64,000 nucleotides of DNA, taken from NCBI RefSeq assembly GCF_006345805.1, contig NC_043000.1, positions 100,750,001-100,814,000 on the forward strand, given 5' to 3'. Within the stretch, counting starts at the first letter, position 1; each line of letters begins with the position of its first letter. Both the position numbers and the translations under genes were made by a program. The DNA comes from Octopus sinensis (Eukaryota). The notes under the pieces were generated by a model. It did not search any database and was not told the DNA's origin. It saw only the letters and a list, made by a program, of their open reading frames with translations. This document shows positions 26,901 through 41,125 of this stretch, one piece after another.

Positions 26901-28125
26901 TATAGGAATGGTTGTTCATTAATGACAGGTGAAATTACAAGACATCATCTGTTTCTATGTTTGGTTGTTTCGTTGTTCTTGTTATCGTCATCATCATCAT
27001 CATCATCATTATTAGTAGTAGTATTAGTATTATTATATAAGAGAGAGTCATATATCATATTATTATTCCTGGTCTATTTGCGAAATATTGAAGACAAAAG
27101 CAGCGCCGCATGTCTAGCCGCATGCAGCTGGTCATTTTAAAAATTGCGATCAACTGAAAAGCTTTCTTTTGCACATTTCCGGTAAGAATCTCAATTTTCG
27201 ATTAAAATATGGTCCCCAGAAGATGTTAGCACATGTTACAGCTATTGCTGCGACTGCTGCTGCGGCTGCTCCTGCTGCTATTGTTGTTGCTGTGTTGCTT
27301 AAGCCGAGCCAATCTGTAATCGAGCAAAACTGCTCATATTTGCCGTGACTAATGACTTTACTGAAGAAGTTTGCTTCGTAATCATGTGGACTTCTTCACA
27401 AACACGTGACATGCAAGCAGTCGGCCAAACGACGAAGCTCAACCCAATATGTCTATCTACCTAGTTATATTTCTACCGAGAGGCGTAGCTTGGAGATTGC
27501 TATGGGGCTATGTGCTCTTCACAAGAGGCGAGCGAGCTGGCAGACACGTTAACGCGCCGGGCGAAATGTTTAGCAGTATTTCGTCTGCCGCTACGTTCTG
27601 AGTTCAAATTTCGCCTAGGTCGACTTTGCCTTTCATCCTTTCGGGGTCGATAAATAAAGTACCAGTTTCGCACTGGGGTCGATGTAATCGACTTAATCCC
27701 TTTGTCTGTCCTTGTTTGTCTCCTCTATGTTTAGCCCCTTGTGGGCAATAAAGAAATATATATGCTCTTCACAATGCTATTATGGGACAGCATTTTTAGG
27801 TCTGCTATATAAGCTTATACAAGGGGTGGAAGAATCAAGGGTTGACTCCGAACGGCACACACTCAAGCTACGTCACCTTTTCTACCAAGCTGATGTCAAT
27901 ACCGAAAGCTGCATCATGCAGATGCAGTGGTACATCGTATGAGGTATTGTGTGACAGTCTGAGAATATTACACACACACCTTTCGTAGGTTCAATCTCGC
28001 TACCCGGCAATTTATTCAGGTATCTTCCACTTTCGCTATTGGCCAACCAATGTCTTGTGGGTGAATTTGGAAGTCGGAAGCTTTTCAGAACACTGTCGTA
28101 TAAATATTGATGGGATGTGTGTGTA

Positions 28126-28156
<31 letters not shown>

Positions 28157-28174
28157 TGTGTGTGTGTGTGTGTG

Positions 28175-28218
<44 letters not shown>

Positions 28219-29965
28219 CGTATATGCATTTGTGTCAGTCTCCTCACCACTTGATAAACAGCATTGCATTGCCTACGTTCTTGTAAAGTAGTGCCTTAAC
28301 AAAAAGAGAGCAACAGAATAGGTACCAGACTTTAAAAAATAATTGATGGTATCTGTTTGAGCGTCTAAAACCCTTCAAGGATGGACCCCATCATACTCGT
28401 AGCCAAATGGTTGTAACCAGTAAAAAGACAATGCGGTGTGGTTTGAAAGACTTTTGACTGCTATTTCTAGTAAGTTTAGCGATCGCGTAGAAGCTTCGCT
28501 TTTGTTGGCTCCTGTTGTTAGCATATAAAGTGTTGTTTAGCCCCAGGTCGGCCGTAGCTGAGGAGACCAAAGGAGGTATCGATCTCTGCTGGTGACAACA
28601 TAGGTACCTAGCGAAAGCTTGTTTAAGCTACCAATGTATAACCAATTCTAAGTGACGACTAAGCTATTATAATAATAAAAAAAATCTTTGCATCTCTTGT
28701 TCATCAAGACAATCAAATTCCGCAACGGACTGCTTACCAGGATTCATGAAATCTGGAGAAAGTGTGCAGTATCGTGCAATAGACAATACTATGTATTGAG
28801 TACACAGACCTTGCTCTAGAAGTTGGTTAATTTGTATACTATGCGTTAAACATAGTTTTGATTTTTACGTTTTTATGTAGATTGATAAACATTTAACACT
28901 CTGCTTTAGAATTTTATTAATTTATAATTGTATCTGCTAAACAAAATTATATTCTTTACTTTACTTTGTTTACATAGAACAGTATCATCTATTTTAAGAA
29001 TTTTAAGTAGATTAATAGATATCAAACAGATGTTGCTTTAGAAGCGTATTAATTTGAATCTGTTAAATACACCTTAGCTCTTTACCTTTTTATAATTCAT
29101 TTAATACTTTAAGTATATATTTTGACTTTGTCCAAAAAATGGGAGAATACCGAAACTTTCGGTTCCAAGCCGACCAGATATTCGGTTAGGTACTTCATAT
29201 ATTTTCTAAAGATTTAAATTGTGTTTTTAGATACCTGCAGCCTGCACATCGCCTGCACATCGCTTGAAAATCGTTGCTGCGTCTTCCAAATTTTTGCAGA
29301 ATTGTCGGGTGTTATTTAAGAGATACTTAGCTACTATTTCTAGCAGGTTGAACCACAGCCGTCTTAGCAACGTTATAAGCCCCTAGAATTGGATCCCTAC
29401 ACCCGTGAGGCCCCAGACAACGATCCAGTGTGCCAATACATTAAGACGGAACAGAGTTGGTGAAAGGCAAGGTCAACCTCGAATTACGATGGCAATAATA
29501 AATTCTTTTTGATTTTAGCACAAGGTCAGCAACTTTGGTGGGACGGGAGGTCGACACCATCAACCCCAGAACTCAACTGGTACTTATTTTATCGGCGCCG
29601 AAAGGTTAAAAGTGAAAGTTGATTTCGACTATATTTGAACAAATGGTTTCTAATTTAGGAACAACGATTTTGAAGTGGTGGTGGGTAGTCGATTACATCG
29701 ACTTCAATATTTGACTGGTACTTTATTTCATCGACCCCGAAATGGTAAAAAGCAAATTTGACATCGGCAGGATTTGAACTCAGAACTGGGGAAAATGCTA
29801 GTAAGCATTTTGTCCGAAACTCTAAACTCTCTGCCATTTATTTCCTCGTTTAATAATGGTGAATGTGATGATTATAATAAAAATAATTGATGATGATGAT
29901 AATGATGAGGAAGGGGAGGAAGAGGAGAGGAGGAGGAGGAGGACGACGACGACGACCATGATAAC

Positions 29966-30005
<40 letters not shown>

Positions 30006-30519
30006 ATGATGACGACGATAATAATGATGATGATGATGATGATGACGACGATAATAATGATGATGTTGATAATGATGACGATGATGATGATAATGATTAA
30101 AACTGAAGTGGATTTCTGAAACTGTTGTTGAGAAAAACCAGTATTTAAGTAATCTTAATCTTTAAACATTAATCCTGACTTTAGTGTCGGATAAAAGTGA
30201 CAATTGAGACAACTGAAATAATTCTCTGCAGAAAAGAGAAAGAAAGAAAGAAAGAAAGAAACGATTCTGTTGCAGTTGCTATTGTTGTTCTTGTTGTTGT
30301 CGGTGTTGCTTTATTTTGTTGGCAAATTATGTAAATAGAATTCGAAACATCGTTTTATCATACAACCCAGTACGTGGGTGCTTGTGTGTGTTTGTATGTG
30401 TGTGTACATGTGAGCATGTGTGTGTATGTGTGTGCGTGCTTTTATGCTTTTATATGTTTGTGTGTCTGTCTCTTTGTGTGTGTGTGTGTGTGTTTCTTTT
30501 TCATTATATGTGTACCGGC

Positions 30520-30717
30520 GTAGGCATGGCTGTGTGGGGGAGACGTTTTCTTTGCAACCAGGTGGTTTCGGGTTCAGTCCTACAGCACGGCACCTTGGAC
30601 AAGAGTTTTCAATTATGATCTCGGCTGACCATTGCCCTGTGATGGAAATTGTTAGAAGGTCAGACAAAAATTGTGTGGAAGTCTGTCGCGTTTACAGATA
30701 TGCGTGTTTGTATGTGT

Positions 30718-30762
<45 letters not shown>

Positions 30763-30985
30763 TGTCTATGTGTGTGTGTGTGTGTCTATGTGTCTGTGTT
30801 TGCCCCCCCCCCCGACAACATCGCTTGACAGCTGGGGTAGGTTTGTTTGCCTTCCCGTGACAAAGGCCGTTCGACAAAAGACACCGATAAAACAGTACTT
30901 GAAAAGATTTCAAAATAAGTACTTGAGCTGATATGTTCCACCAAATTCATCAAGGTCGTGCCCAAGTATGACCACAGTTGAATGA
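30520..30985 (+). mobile_element. SINE family B
   Basis: Family B head, internal (TG)n and tail. A decayed copy lies at about 28030-28400. Confidence 0.8.
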
Positions 30986-31063
30986 CTAATAAGTCATTAC
31001 GCACGACCGTATGTATGTATATGTATGTATGTATATGTATGTATGTATGTATATGTATGTATG

Positions 31064-31095
<32 letters not shown>

Positions 31096-31512
31096 TGTAT
31101 GTATGTATGTATGTATATGTATGTATGTATGTATGTATGCATGTATGTATCTGTGTGTGTGTATGTATGTATGTATGCATGTATGTATCTGTGTGTGTGT
31201 ATGCATGTATGTATGCATGTATGTAAGCATGTATGTATGTATGTATGCATGTACGTACGTATGCATGTCTGTACCTACGTACGTATGTATGCATATAGGA
31301 ACATATGTATGTGTAGATGGATATTTGTATGTACGTATGTATGTAGGCATGTATACGTATGTATATGTATATATATCTATGGATAAATGTATGTACGTAT
31401 GTCTATGTATGTACGTATTTATGTATATATAGATGTATATATTTAGACTTACATACATATAAATGTATGTATATCTATCTATCTATATATTTATGCGTAT
31501 GTGTGTGTGTGT

Positions 31513-31790
31513 GGAGGCGCAATGGTCCAATGGTTAGGGTACCGGACTCGCGGTGTGGGATCGCGATTTCGATTCCCAGAATGGGCGTTGTGAGTGTTAA
31601 TTGAGCGAAAACCTGAAGCTCTACGAGGCTCCGGCAGGAGGTGGTGGCGAACCCTGCTGTACTCTTTTACCACAACTTTCACTCTTTCTTCCTGTTTCTA
31701 TTGTACCTGTATGTCAAAGGGCCAGCCTTGTCACACACGGTGTCACGTTGAATCCCCCTAGGAACTACATTAAGGGTACACGTTTCTGTA
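31513..31790 (+). mobile_element. tRNA-derived SINE family C, 3'-truncated
   Basis: Matches 49155-49518. Confidence 0.85.
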
Positions 31791-31829
31791 CTATTTTGTA
31801 CACACACACATATATATATAAATATATAT

Positions 31830-33110
31830 GAAGATGGTTTTTGTATGTAGCAGATGCTCAGGAACAATAAACACTGAAAATGCTCTGAGACCAACTTCCG
31901 TCACTTTCCAGGGAGAAAAACTAGAAATAGTTGATAGTTTCCGTTACCTAGGTGACCAAGTCAGCAGCGGGGGTGGGTGTGCTGAAAGTGTAACTGCTAG
32001 AGTAAGAATAGCTTGGGCAAAGTTCAGAGAGCTCTTACCTCTGCTGGTGACAAAAGGCCTCTCGCACAGAGTGAAAGGCAGACTGTATGATGCTGTGTAC
32101 GAACAGCCATGCTACATGGCAGTGAAACATGGGCCGTGACTGCTGAGGATATGCGTAAGCTCGCTAGAAATGAAGCCAGTATGCTCCGATGGATGTGTAA
32201 TGCCGGTGCTCACACTCGGCAGAGTGTAAGTACCTTGAGAGAAAAGCTGGACCTAAGAAGCATCAGTTGTGGTGTGCAAGAGAGACGTTTGCGCTGGTAT
32301 GGTCATGTGGCGAGAATGGATGAAGATAGTTGTGTGAAAAAGTGCCACACCCTAGCGGTTGAGGGAACCTGTGGAAGAGGCAGACCCAGGAAAACCTGGG
32401 ACGAGGTGGTGTGAAGCACGACCTTCGAACTTTAGGTCTCACTGAGGAAATGACTAGAGACCGAGACCTCTGGAAGTGTGCTGTGCGCGAGAAGACCCGG
32501 CAGGACAAGTGAGTCCATAACCCGTGGCCTTCTACATGGGATGGAGCCAGCCTACGTATGCATACCTTCCTTCTTGGGACACAAAACTCTACTTGTGAAG
32601 ACGTGTTGAGGCAAGTGAGGATCAGAATCGAAATCGATCAATGGAAATTGCGGATGTGCTACCAGTGCCGGTGGCATGTCGAAACTGCTTGTGAAGACCC
32701 GTTGAGGCAAGTGAGGATCAGAATCGAAATCGATCAATGGAAATCGATCAATGGAAATTGCAGATGTGTTACCAGTGCCGGTGGCATGTAAGAGAACTTT
32801 CCGTTTCGCGACCGTTGCCAGCACCGCCCCGTTTCGTGTCCGTTGCCAGCCTCGCCTGGCCCTCGTGCCGGTGGCACATAAAAAGCACCATCCGTTCGTG
32901 GCCGTTTGCCAGCTCTGTCTGGCACCAGTGCGGGTGGCACGTAAAAAGCACCCACTACACTCACGGAGTGGTTGGCGTTAGGAAGGGCATCCAGCCGTAG
33001 AAACACTGCCAGATTTGACTGGGCCTGATGAAGCCTTCTGGCTTCACAGACCCCAGTAGAACCGTCCAACCCATGCTAGCATGGAAAACGGACGCTAAAC
33101 GATGATGATG
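31830..33110 (+). mobile_element. RTE-clade LINE 3' fragment with its 3' region
   Basis: Encodes LEIVDSFRYLGD...ARVRIAWAKFRELLPLL...MLHGSETWA...ERRLRWYGHVARM...GRGRPRKTW. It ends in a (GAT)n tail at about 33101-33120. The part after 32560 could be a separate non-autonomous element. Confidence 0.9.
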
Positions 33111-33149
33111 ATGATGATGATATATATATATATATACATACATGTATGT

Positions 33150-33372
33150 GTGTACAAAATGTGATCTCGTGTGAACCGTTGGCGATTTTTTTTTCCTCTG
33201 TCTTCCCTTCTCTGGATCTTTCCTTCTCCTATGTTTCCGACGAAGAGCTCCGCTCGAAACGTAAATCCCTCCTTCTTTCCTTCTTTCCTGAGCGTCCAAT
33301 AATACTATATTTGTTTCACGTCCTCGCGTTGTTGTGTTTTTTGTGCTTTCTTGTTTTGATTAACTTTATATA
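33150..33372 (+). mobile_element. Family H1 copy 2, with hammerhead-like motif at 33233-33267
   Basis: GUUU-CCGACGA-A-GAGC-UCC-GCUC-GAAA-CGU-A-AAUC, a U4C core variant. Confidence 0.8.
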
Positions 33373-33430
33373 TATATATATATATATTGTAAATATATAC
33401 AATATATTAATATATGTATTTATATATCTG

Positions 33431-33485
<55 letters not shown>

Positions 33486-34089
33486 ATATATATATATATA
33501 TATATATATAAGAGAGAGAACAAATTACAAAGGTCAGTGTTCATATTCACTCTATATATTCAAAGCATCGGATACTCCACAGTATACATAGGTGCACTCA
33601 TATATACATGATATAATAATAAAAATAGAATAATAAAATATATAAATACATAAATATACTTGCGAGGTTGTATGTCCATATCAATGAGGATATTAAGATA
33701 TGCATGTGGTGAATGTATAGTGGTAACCCAAAAAGATGAGAATTTTGGTATAAAATGATTTAAAAAGAATCTTAAGCGGGTACAAAGTTTGACGGCCGAT
33801 TCTAGAAAATATAGGTTGGTTGTGAGTGAGTTAATTCCAACCATAACAATTATCTACATTTCTCTCATCCGAGTCAGTCTAAAAGATTTATAAAAGAGTT
33901 ATATAAATCTTAACGTTTTAAGCAACGTGAGAAATTTAAGAATTTAAAAATTCGAATGCGCTGTGTCAGTACATACTGTTCAGGCGGATGATAATGTATG
34001 TGTATGTATGAGTATGTATTGTATGTATGTATGTATATGTATGTATGTATGTAGTGTATGTATGTAATGTATTATGTATGTATTGGATG

Positions 34090-34120
<31 letters not shown>

Positions 34121-34339
34121 TGTGTGTTTGGTGTATGTAGTATGTATGTATGTCTGTATGTATGTATGTTGTATGTATGTGTGTGGGTGTTGTGTTTTGT
34201 ATGTATGTGTAGTATGTATGTATGAATGTATGTATGTATGTTAGGTAGTATGTATTATGTATGTATGTATGTATGTATGGCTGTATGTATTAGTATGTAT
34301 GTATATATGTATGTTTCTGTCCTATGTATGTATTAGGTT

Positions 34340-34486
34340 GTTGTTGTTTTTCTGTGTTCCTTTCTGTGGAAGAGCGTAGGCTCGAAACGTAAAAGACTTT
34401 TCTATCCCTGAGCGTTATACTAATACATCTGTTTGTTTTGTACACCACCTGTCTTCGTCTTTTTGTTTTTTTCATGAACTCTCCCT
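34340..34486 (+). mobile_element. PLE terminal-repeat fragment, family H2, with hammerhead-like motif at 34360-34395
   Basis: CUUU-CUGUGGA-A-GAGC-GUAG-GCUC-GAAA-CGU-A-AAAG. It matches 36740-36875 and the 3' end at 56740-56805 (-). Confidence 0.7.
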
Positions 34487-34642
34487 ATGTATGTATGTAT
34501 GTATGTATTATGTATGTATGTATGTGTGTATGTATGTATGTATGTATGTATGTATGTATGTATGTATGTATGTATGTATGTATGTGTGGTGTGTTGTGTG
34601 TGTGTATGTATGTATGTATGTATGTATGTATGTATGTATGTA

Positions 34643-35862
34643 TAGGTGTCCCGAAATTAAGGAAACTGATGATGAATAAATGTGATAAGATAAGAAAATT
34701 ATACATCATTACAACAGCTTAGTGTCATCTTTTTGTTTCAGGCAAAATAAATTCAGATTTATAAATTTGATAATGGCAATAGACCGAAATACAATCATAA
34801 CCCTCCACAAAGAAAGCAAAATTCATACAGCTATAGCAAAAAAGCTTAAAATTAACCAAACAACCGTCTGGAAAATTGTCAAGAAATTTCAAGTGATTGG
34901 TTCCACTTCTAATGGATCTGGATTTGGCCAAAAAAGAAGTGTGTGGACCGCTCATACGGTGAAATCCTCGTCGTTCTGTCAGAAAACTTATTGCTACATC
35001 GAAAGTAAGCCGAATTTCAATGTATCGAGTGCTGAAGGAGAATCTCAGGACCCACCTCTACAAGATGATCCGCCGTCATGAGCTCACACAAGATTATAAG
35101 GCCATAAGACTGGAGAGAAGTCGTCTTATCCTGCGCCAGGTTGCTGAAGGCACGCTGCCTAACCTGGTGTTTAGTGATGAAAAGATATTTGACATAGAAC
35201 AGACAGTAAATCACCAGAATGACCGACTTTGGACTGTATCTGGTTCTGTCGAGAGTACAGTCGTAAATCGACGTCGAAATCTAGACAGTTATGGTTTGGC
35301 CGACTGTGACAATCACTGGAGTTAAAATTAACACCCAACAGGAGTTAAAATTAACACCCAACAATACATTAGTGACGTTCTCGAAATTGATCTGATTCCA
35401 TTAGCGAATGGGTACTTTTAGGTGCATCTTGGGGCCTCAACAGGACTCGGCACGGTCCCATAGTTCCAAACAGACACAACACTGGGTTTAATAAAACAAT
35501 CTGTCGTTCATAAGCAAGGATATATGGCCCTCAAGAAGACCCGATCTCACACCAGTGGATTTTTCTGTTTGGTTCATTTTGTGGAGAGGGTTTCGAGAAC
35601 TTCTGATGCTTCGCTCTGAAGGCAAAACTGCGTCAGGAATGGACTTCGATTCCGCAAGAACAGCTGCGTGCCACGTGTGAAGCATTCGAACCTAAACTTA
35701 AAGCTGTGATTCGAAACAGAGGTGGTCATATCGAATAAATGTGGTAGTGTCATAAATGTGTTTCCTTTACCATTGCATTGCAACGCTCGGAGCCGAAATA
35801 TAAAAATATTTTGCTTTGGCACAATTGAAAAAAGTTGGTTGCCTTAACTTTGGAACACCCTG
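34643..35862 (+). mobile_element. Tc1/mariner DD37D (maT) transposon, decayed, inserted in (TATG)n
   Basis: Imperfect TIRs of about 25 bp (taggtgtcccgaaattaaggaaac / gttgccttaactttggaacaccctg) with TA flanks. Motifs: HTH region, FSDEK...NHQNDRLW and QQDSA...WPSRRPDLTPVDF. I counted 37 codons between the second and third Asp. Confidence 0.9.
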
Positions 35863-35949
35863 TATGTATGTATGTATGTATGTATGTATGTATGTATGTA
35901 TGTATGTGTGTATGTATGTATGTATGTATTTATGTATGTATGTATATGT

Positions 35950-36875
35950 AACTCCGCTCTCACTACTTCCATCCACTACAAACACTACCCTACCCACACC
36001 AAGCTCTCCACCCCCTACTTTATCTGCGCAGGCTCTGTAGTAATAACCATGACTTTGAGACTCAGTCTCAACACATTGCTCCTCACTTTATCCTTCGTGG
36101 ATATCCCCCTCTCCACTATCAACACAGCCCTTGCCAGAACACGTTCTGTGGATCGTGCCTCTGCTCTCTCTCCTCGCACCCGCCCCGCCGTTGCCGTCTC
36201 CCGTTTCCCCTTACCTCCCACCCCTCCACGCTGCCCTCCAACGTACCATTTTCCGTGCCTTCCGACGATTCCAGTCCAAACCATCCACTTCGCACATCTT
36301 CTCCACCCCTTCCCTCCTTCAAACGAGCTCAGAACCCGCGTGACTTCCTGGTCCACAATTTCTTCCCTAACCCCGCCTCCTAACTTGGATCGTTCCCTGT
36401 TCCCGTTCACGCTGCTGCACTTGTCCCTACCTCCCCAACATCACCATCGTCACAGGAACCCAGCATTGTCCCTATCACATCACCAACTCCTTTAACTGCA
36501 CTTTTAGCAACGTCATTTACTGCATCACCTGCTCCTTCTGCACTTCTCTATACATCGGTCAAACGGGACGCCATCTTCTCTCTTCATTGATTCTTACATA
36601 CACACACACACACGCGCACCTTCATTTTGGGATCACCGATACTTTATTATCTCCCCTTCTTTTTACCTCTCCTGTCAAAACTTTTTTTTCCAATCAGCTA
36701 AATGCACAAGATTTGTTTTTCTTCTCTCTCTGATTATTGTCTCTTACTCCTTTCATTTGAAGAGCGTAGGTTCGAAACATAAAAGACTTTCTCACTTTCC
36801 CGAGTGTCAAACGAATGCACCTGTCTGTTGTTCATACACCTGTCTTCGTCTTTTGTTTTTCTGTAAATTTCAGCT
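35950..36875 (+). mobile_element. Penelope-like element 3' part (GIY-YIG plus family H2 terminal repeat)
   Basis: Encodes CTFSNVIYCITCSFCTSLYIGQTGR. A decayed hammerhead motif lies at 36750-36785. It ends in (TA)n. Confidence 0.8.
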
Positions 36876-37287
36876 ATATATATATTGTGTGTGTGTGTGT
36901 GTGTGTGTGGGTTGTGTGTGTGTGTGTGTGTGTAGATAGACAGATAGAGACAGACAAACAGACAGATATTTACGTACGTACGTACATATATACATACAAC
37001 ATACATACATGCATACGTTTTCTGATCAGATTACTAACAAGATGACTTCTTCATTTTCCAAGTCTTTAGTCTCGTACAATTTAGTGATCTTTACAATCTG
37101 TTCCATGCGCTTCGCCATTCGTAGTTAATCAAATGAATAGACTCCAAAACTTTGTTTTCTGCCAGCAGCAAATTACTTTCCCAATAGTGATATAGCATAA
37201 TGTCTTAATTATTCTACAGACACACGAGCGCTCGCACGCACGCACACACACACACACATACACACACACACACATACACACCACACA

Positions 37288-37326
<39 letters not shown>

Positions 37327-37621
37327 ATTAAGCATATATATTGTTGATATTGAATTCGTTAGTGAGGCGGTGAGCCAACGCAATCTTTAGCACGCCGAGC
37401 AAAAATGCTTAGCGACCCTTCGTCTCTCTTCACGTTCTCAGTTCAAACACCGCCGATGGGGACTTTGCTTTTCATCCCTTTATATCGATAAATTCAGTAA
37501 CACTGACACACTGGCACCGGTGTAATCGACTACTCACTTCCAGTAAATTGCCTGCCTTGTACCAAAATCTGAAATGAATATTAAATAATTAAAATAAAGT
37601 ATCATTTTTCTCAGCCTTATA

Positions 37622-37667
<46 letters not shown>

Positions 37668-37837
37668 TATTATTATTATTATCATTATTATACTATCTCC
37701 CTGGAACTACTTATATTCCTTTTCATTGAGCACTTTACTAAACGTCGTGCGAGAAAATATTCAAGTTATAGTTGCGAAATATATGTTCTATTCCGTATAG
37801 TTATATAAATATATACATGTGTGTGTCTTCGTATGTG

Positions 37838-37873
<36 letters not shown>

Positions 37874-38152
37874 GTACATACATACGTATATGTACATGTA
37901 CGTGTACACACAGACATACGCACACACATACGTGTACACACGCACACACACACTCATAGTATATTATAGGAAATATCAGTGTGCTACAATTCTTTAACAT
38001 TGGTAACTATATGACTTTTATTGTTCATATACCAATGTTTTCCATTGATGTTGTCTTTCAAACATTTCTCATTGCTTTTGTGTTTTGTTATACAAATCAT
38101 TTCAATGATACGATGAAGATACATATATATATATACATATATATATACCTAT

Positions 38153-38209
<57 letters not shown>

Positions 38210-38260
38210 ATCTGTATTATATGTGTGTGAATGTGTGTATATGTATGTGAGTATATGATA

Positions 38261-38307
<47 letters not shown>

Positions 38308-38465
38308 GTATTATATGTGTGTGAATATGTGTGTATGTGTGGTGTATATGTATGTGAGTATATGTATATATATATATATATATATAATATATATATATAA
38401 TATTCGTGGTGAGTACTTGATAATTATAAGCACCTGTGTATACCGTTGGTGGTGTAGGGTGGAGT

Positions 38466-40968
38466 AAATTGATCAAAATAAAATAAAAACATGATGCGAA
38501 GGATTCAGCGGTACATATGTTTCGGGCCTTTATTAGACAGATTTATAACAATGCATAATGTATGTCTTGGGCCTTCTTCAGCCGCGCACAACAGCTTCCA
38601 CAAGGACATGTGTTACATCAAAAATTCTTGGTTGGGTTGGGGATGCAAATCCTCTCATTCGCGTACGACATAATGCGGCAGCAGCATAGAATTGAAGCGT
38701 CCATCTCTTTCTTCTCTCAGTAGAATGAGGAAAAAATTGGATGTTGAGGAATGTAAATAAATAAATACATATATAGAGGTGAAGATGGGGGGCGAGAATT
38801 CGGGACAAGGGATAAAAAATGTATAAAAAAGGTAGGTATAGAAAAATATAAAATGTAGAGCATAAAGATATAAAGATTATAAGGAGATGTAAAGGGGGTA
38901 TAAAGAATATAAAGGAATATAAAGAAATATAAATAAATGTAAAGGCATAAGGTTATAAAGTAAAAATAGAAATAGAAAAAAAAAATAAAAGTAAAAAACA
39001 TGATAAAAACATGATAAAAGGTGAAAAGAATGTAAAGATAAGGATGTATAGAGGTTACGGACCAAGCATGGTGGTCGAGGAGATTGAAAAATGTAGTTGT
39101 AGAATAGTCAGTAAATCAACAGTTTCGTCTGGGGACCTAATGTGTTGTAAATCAGATTGATGAGCATTTAATCTGGTTCCTTGAATTAAATGGACTTATA
39201 GTACATACATATCATCATGGATACATACAACCCACATACACGCGTACATATACGTCTCCAAGCCTATAAGCATACACACGCACTCGCGTGTAAAATGTAC
39301 ATAAACACACACGCACCCGCACGCCGCACGCGCGTACAACATACATACATACAACAGAATATCCGCATGTATACACGGACACTATACGCGTGCACACTCA
39401 CATGTACATACGCGTGCCCATCCCTACATACACACACGTATATGCCCACGCCTCTAGGTCTAGATATAAGATATTAAAGGATGTATATAAGAACGTATGT
39501 AAAAAATCACGTACTCATGTCTATACGTGCACGCACACACGGCTGTGTGTCCGTATGTGCGTGCACATATACACTCATATACACACACAGAGACACACGC
39601 GCACATTGGTATAACTATAAGATATCGAAGTATGCATGTACATATATGCGCGTGCATATGTATGTATGCGTATACACACGTACGCGGGCGCTCGTATAGT
39701 CAAAAAGTGGATCCATAGGTAAGTAAATAAACATATATAGAGGTGTAAAGCGATAAGTTAGGGGTAAGAATGAGGGTAAGGGTAAAAATTAGAAATAAAA
39801 TACAGTATAAAATAAGAAATACAATGTAATAGTTAGAAATGAAATATAAGAATTATAAAAATTATAAGAGTTAAGGTAAGGGATGAAAATAAAAATGAGA
39901 ATAAATGGAAGTAGAATAAAGGTAAAAATAAAAATAAATGGAAGTAGGATAAAAGTAAAAATAAAAGTAAAAATAAAAATAAAATAAAATAAGATAAAAA
40001 TATAATTTGGTAAAGTTTAACATGAGATGAGATGGTTGAAAGTTAGAGGTGTGTGTTTAAACGTAGGGGCGGCGGGGGGAACTGAAAATTGGAAGGGTGG
40101 GAAGTGGAGTTGCGGTGTTGGGTTCAACATCCAAGTTAGAAATGTGAAAGGGTATAGATATAGGAATTAAAGAGACTATATAGGGAGGATATGGTTGTAG
40201 GAGAAGAAATTTTAGGGAAAAGAAGTCATATATGGGAGACAAAATTTGTATATATGGAGGAAATGCAGGGAACCGTATATGCACATACACACACCCACCA
40301 CACCCCACACAACACACGACACATTTATATATATATATATATATGTACACATACGTACACGTATGTGCACATACATATACACACACAAAGCATACGCCAT
40401 TATACACGACACAATATAGGAAAGCGGGATGTGCGGGAGCGGACAGGTTGCACGGGTGGGAGGAAATTGGCATGGGGGAGTGTATAGACCTAAGCTTTGT
40501 AGTATTTGAAGGATTAAATGTAAGTTTAGTATACAGTGATGTTGAACTCTGACTTTGTTAATAAGATTGGTAAAGATTGTGTTTGTCTTTGAATTTCAAG
40601 ATGTTCAGGAGTTACAACAACATAGTTGGCATTCCTGCTCTATTATTAAATAAGGTGTGCAGCCTGATCGATGATGGGACCATCTGAGTTTGAAGCCTAC
40701 ATTTGTCTTTTTAATTCCCAAATTCTTTTAGAGAGGGAGGTGCTGTTAGCCTTATGTCTTGGTCTCAGCGAGGACGGTGGTTGTAGTATAGGATTTCCAG
40801 GAGGTTGAGCAACCAATATAGGTGAGTTGTTAAACTGAGTACTCACCTCACATATGAATATATTACGTTTTTCGCCACATTATGCATTGTTATAAATCTG
40901 TCTAATAAAGGCGAAACATATGTACCGCCCTGAACCCTTCGCATCATGTTTTTATTTTATTTTGATCA

Positions 40969-40972
<4 letters not shown>
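38466..40972 (-). mobile_element. Penelope-like element, 5'-truncated, with 96-bp inverted terminal segments
   Basis: The minus strand at about 40500-40780 encodes a decayed PLE endonuclease tail (ANSTSLSKRIWELK...). 38466-38561 is the reverse complement of 40877-40972. Confidence 0.75.
38508..38585 (-). ncRNA. Type I hammerhead ribozyme motif with long stem II (family H3)
   Basis: GCGG-CUGAAGA-A-GGCC...GGCC-C-GAAA-CAUAUGU-A-CCGC. Stem I is 4 GC pairs, stem III is the palindrome ACAUAUGU, and the GUA triplet predicts cleavage between 38512 and 38511. Confidence 0.75.
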
Positions 40973-41014
<42 letters not shown>

Positions 41015-41094
41015 ATATGCATGTATATGTGTGTGTATACAAAATCATAATATATGCATCTCCTCTCTATATATACGTATATATATTTATGTAC

Positions 41095-41125
<31 letters not shown>

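Noticed and set aside
33024-33055. CTGATGA followed by hairpin AGCC-ttct-GGCT as a hammerhead
   Set aside because: It is followed by TCAC rather than GAAA, and has no stem III or stem I.
35872-36495. 207-aa Pro/Leu-rich ORF
   Set aside because: An alternative frame over a decayed Penelope element, with a microsatellite-derived start.
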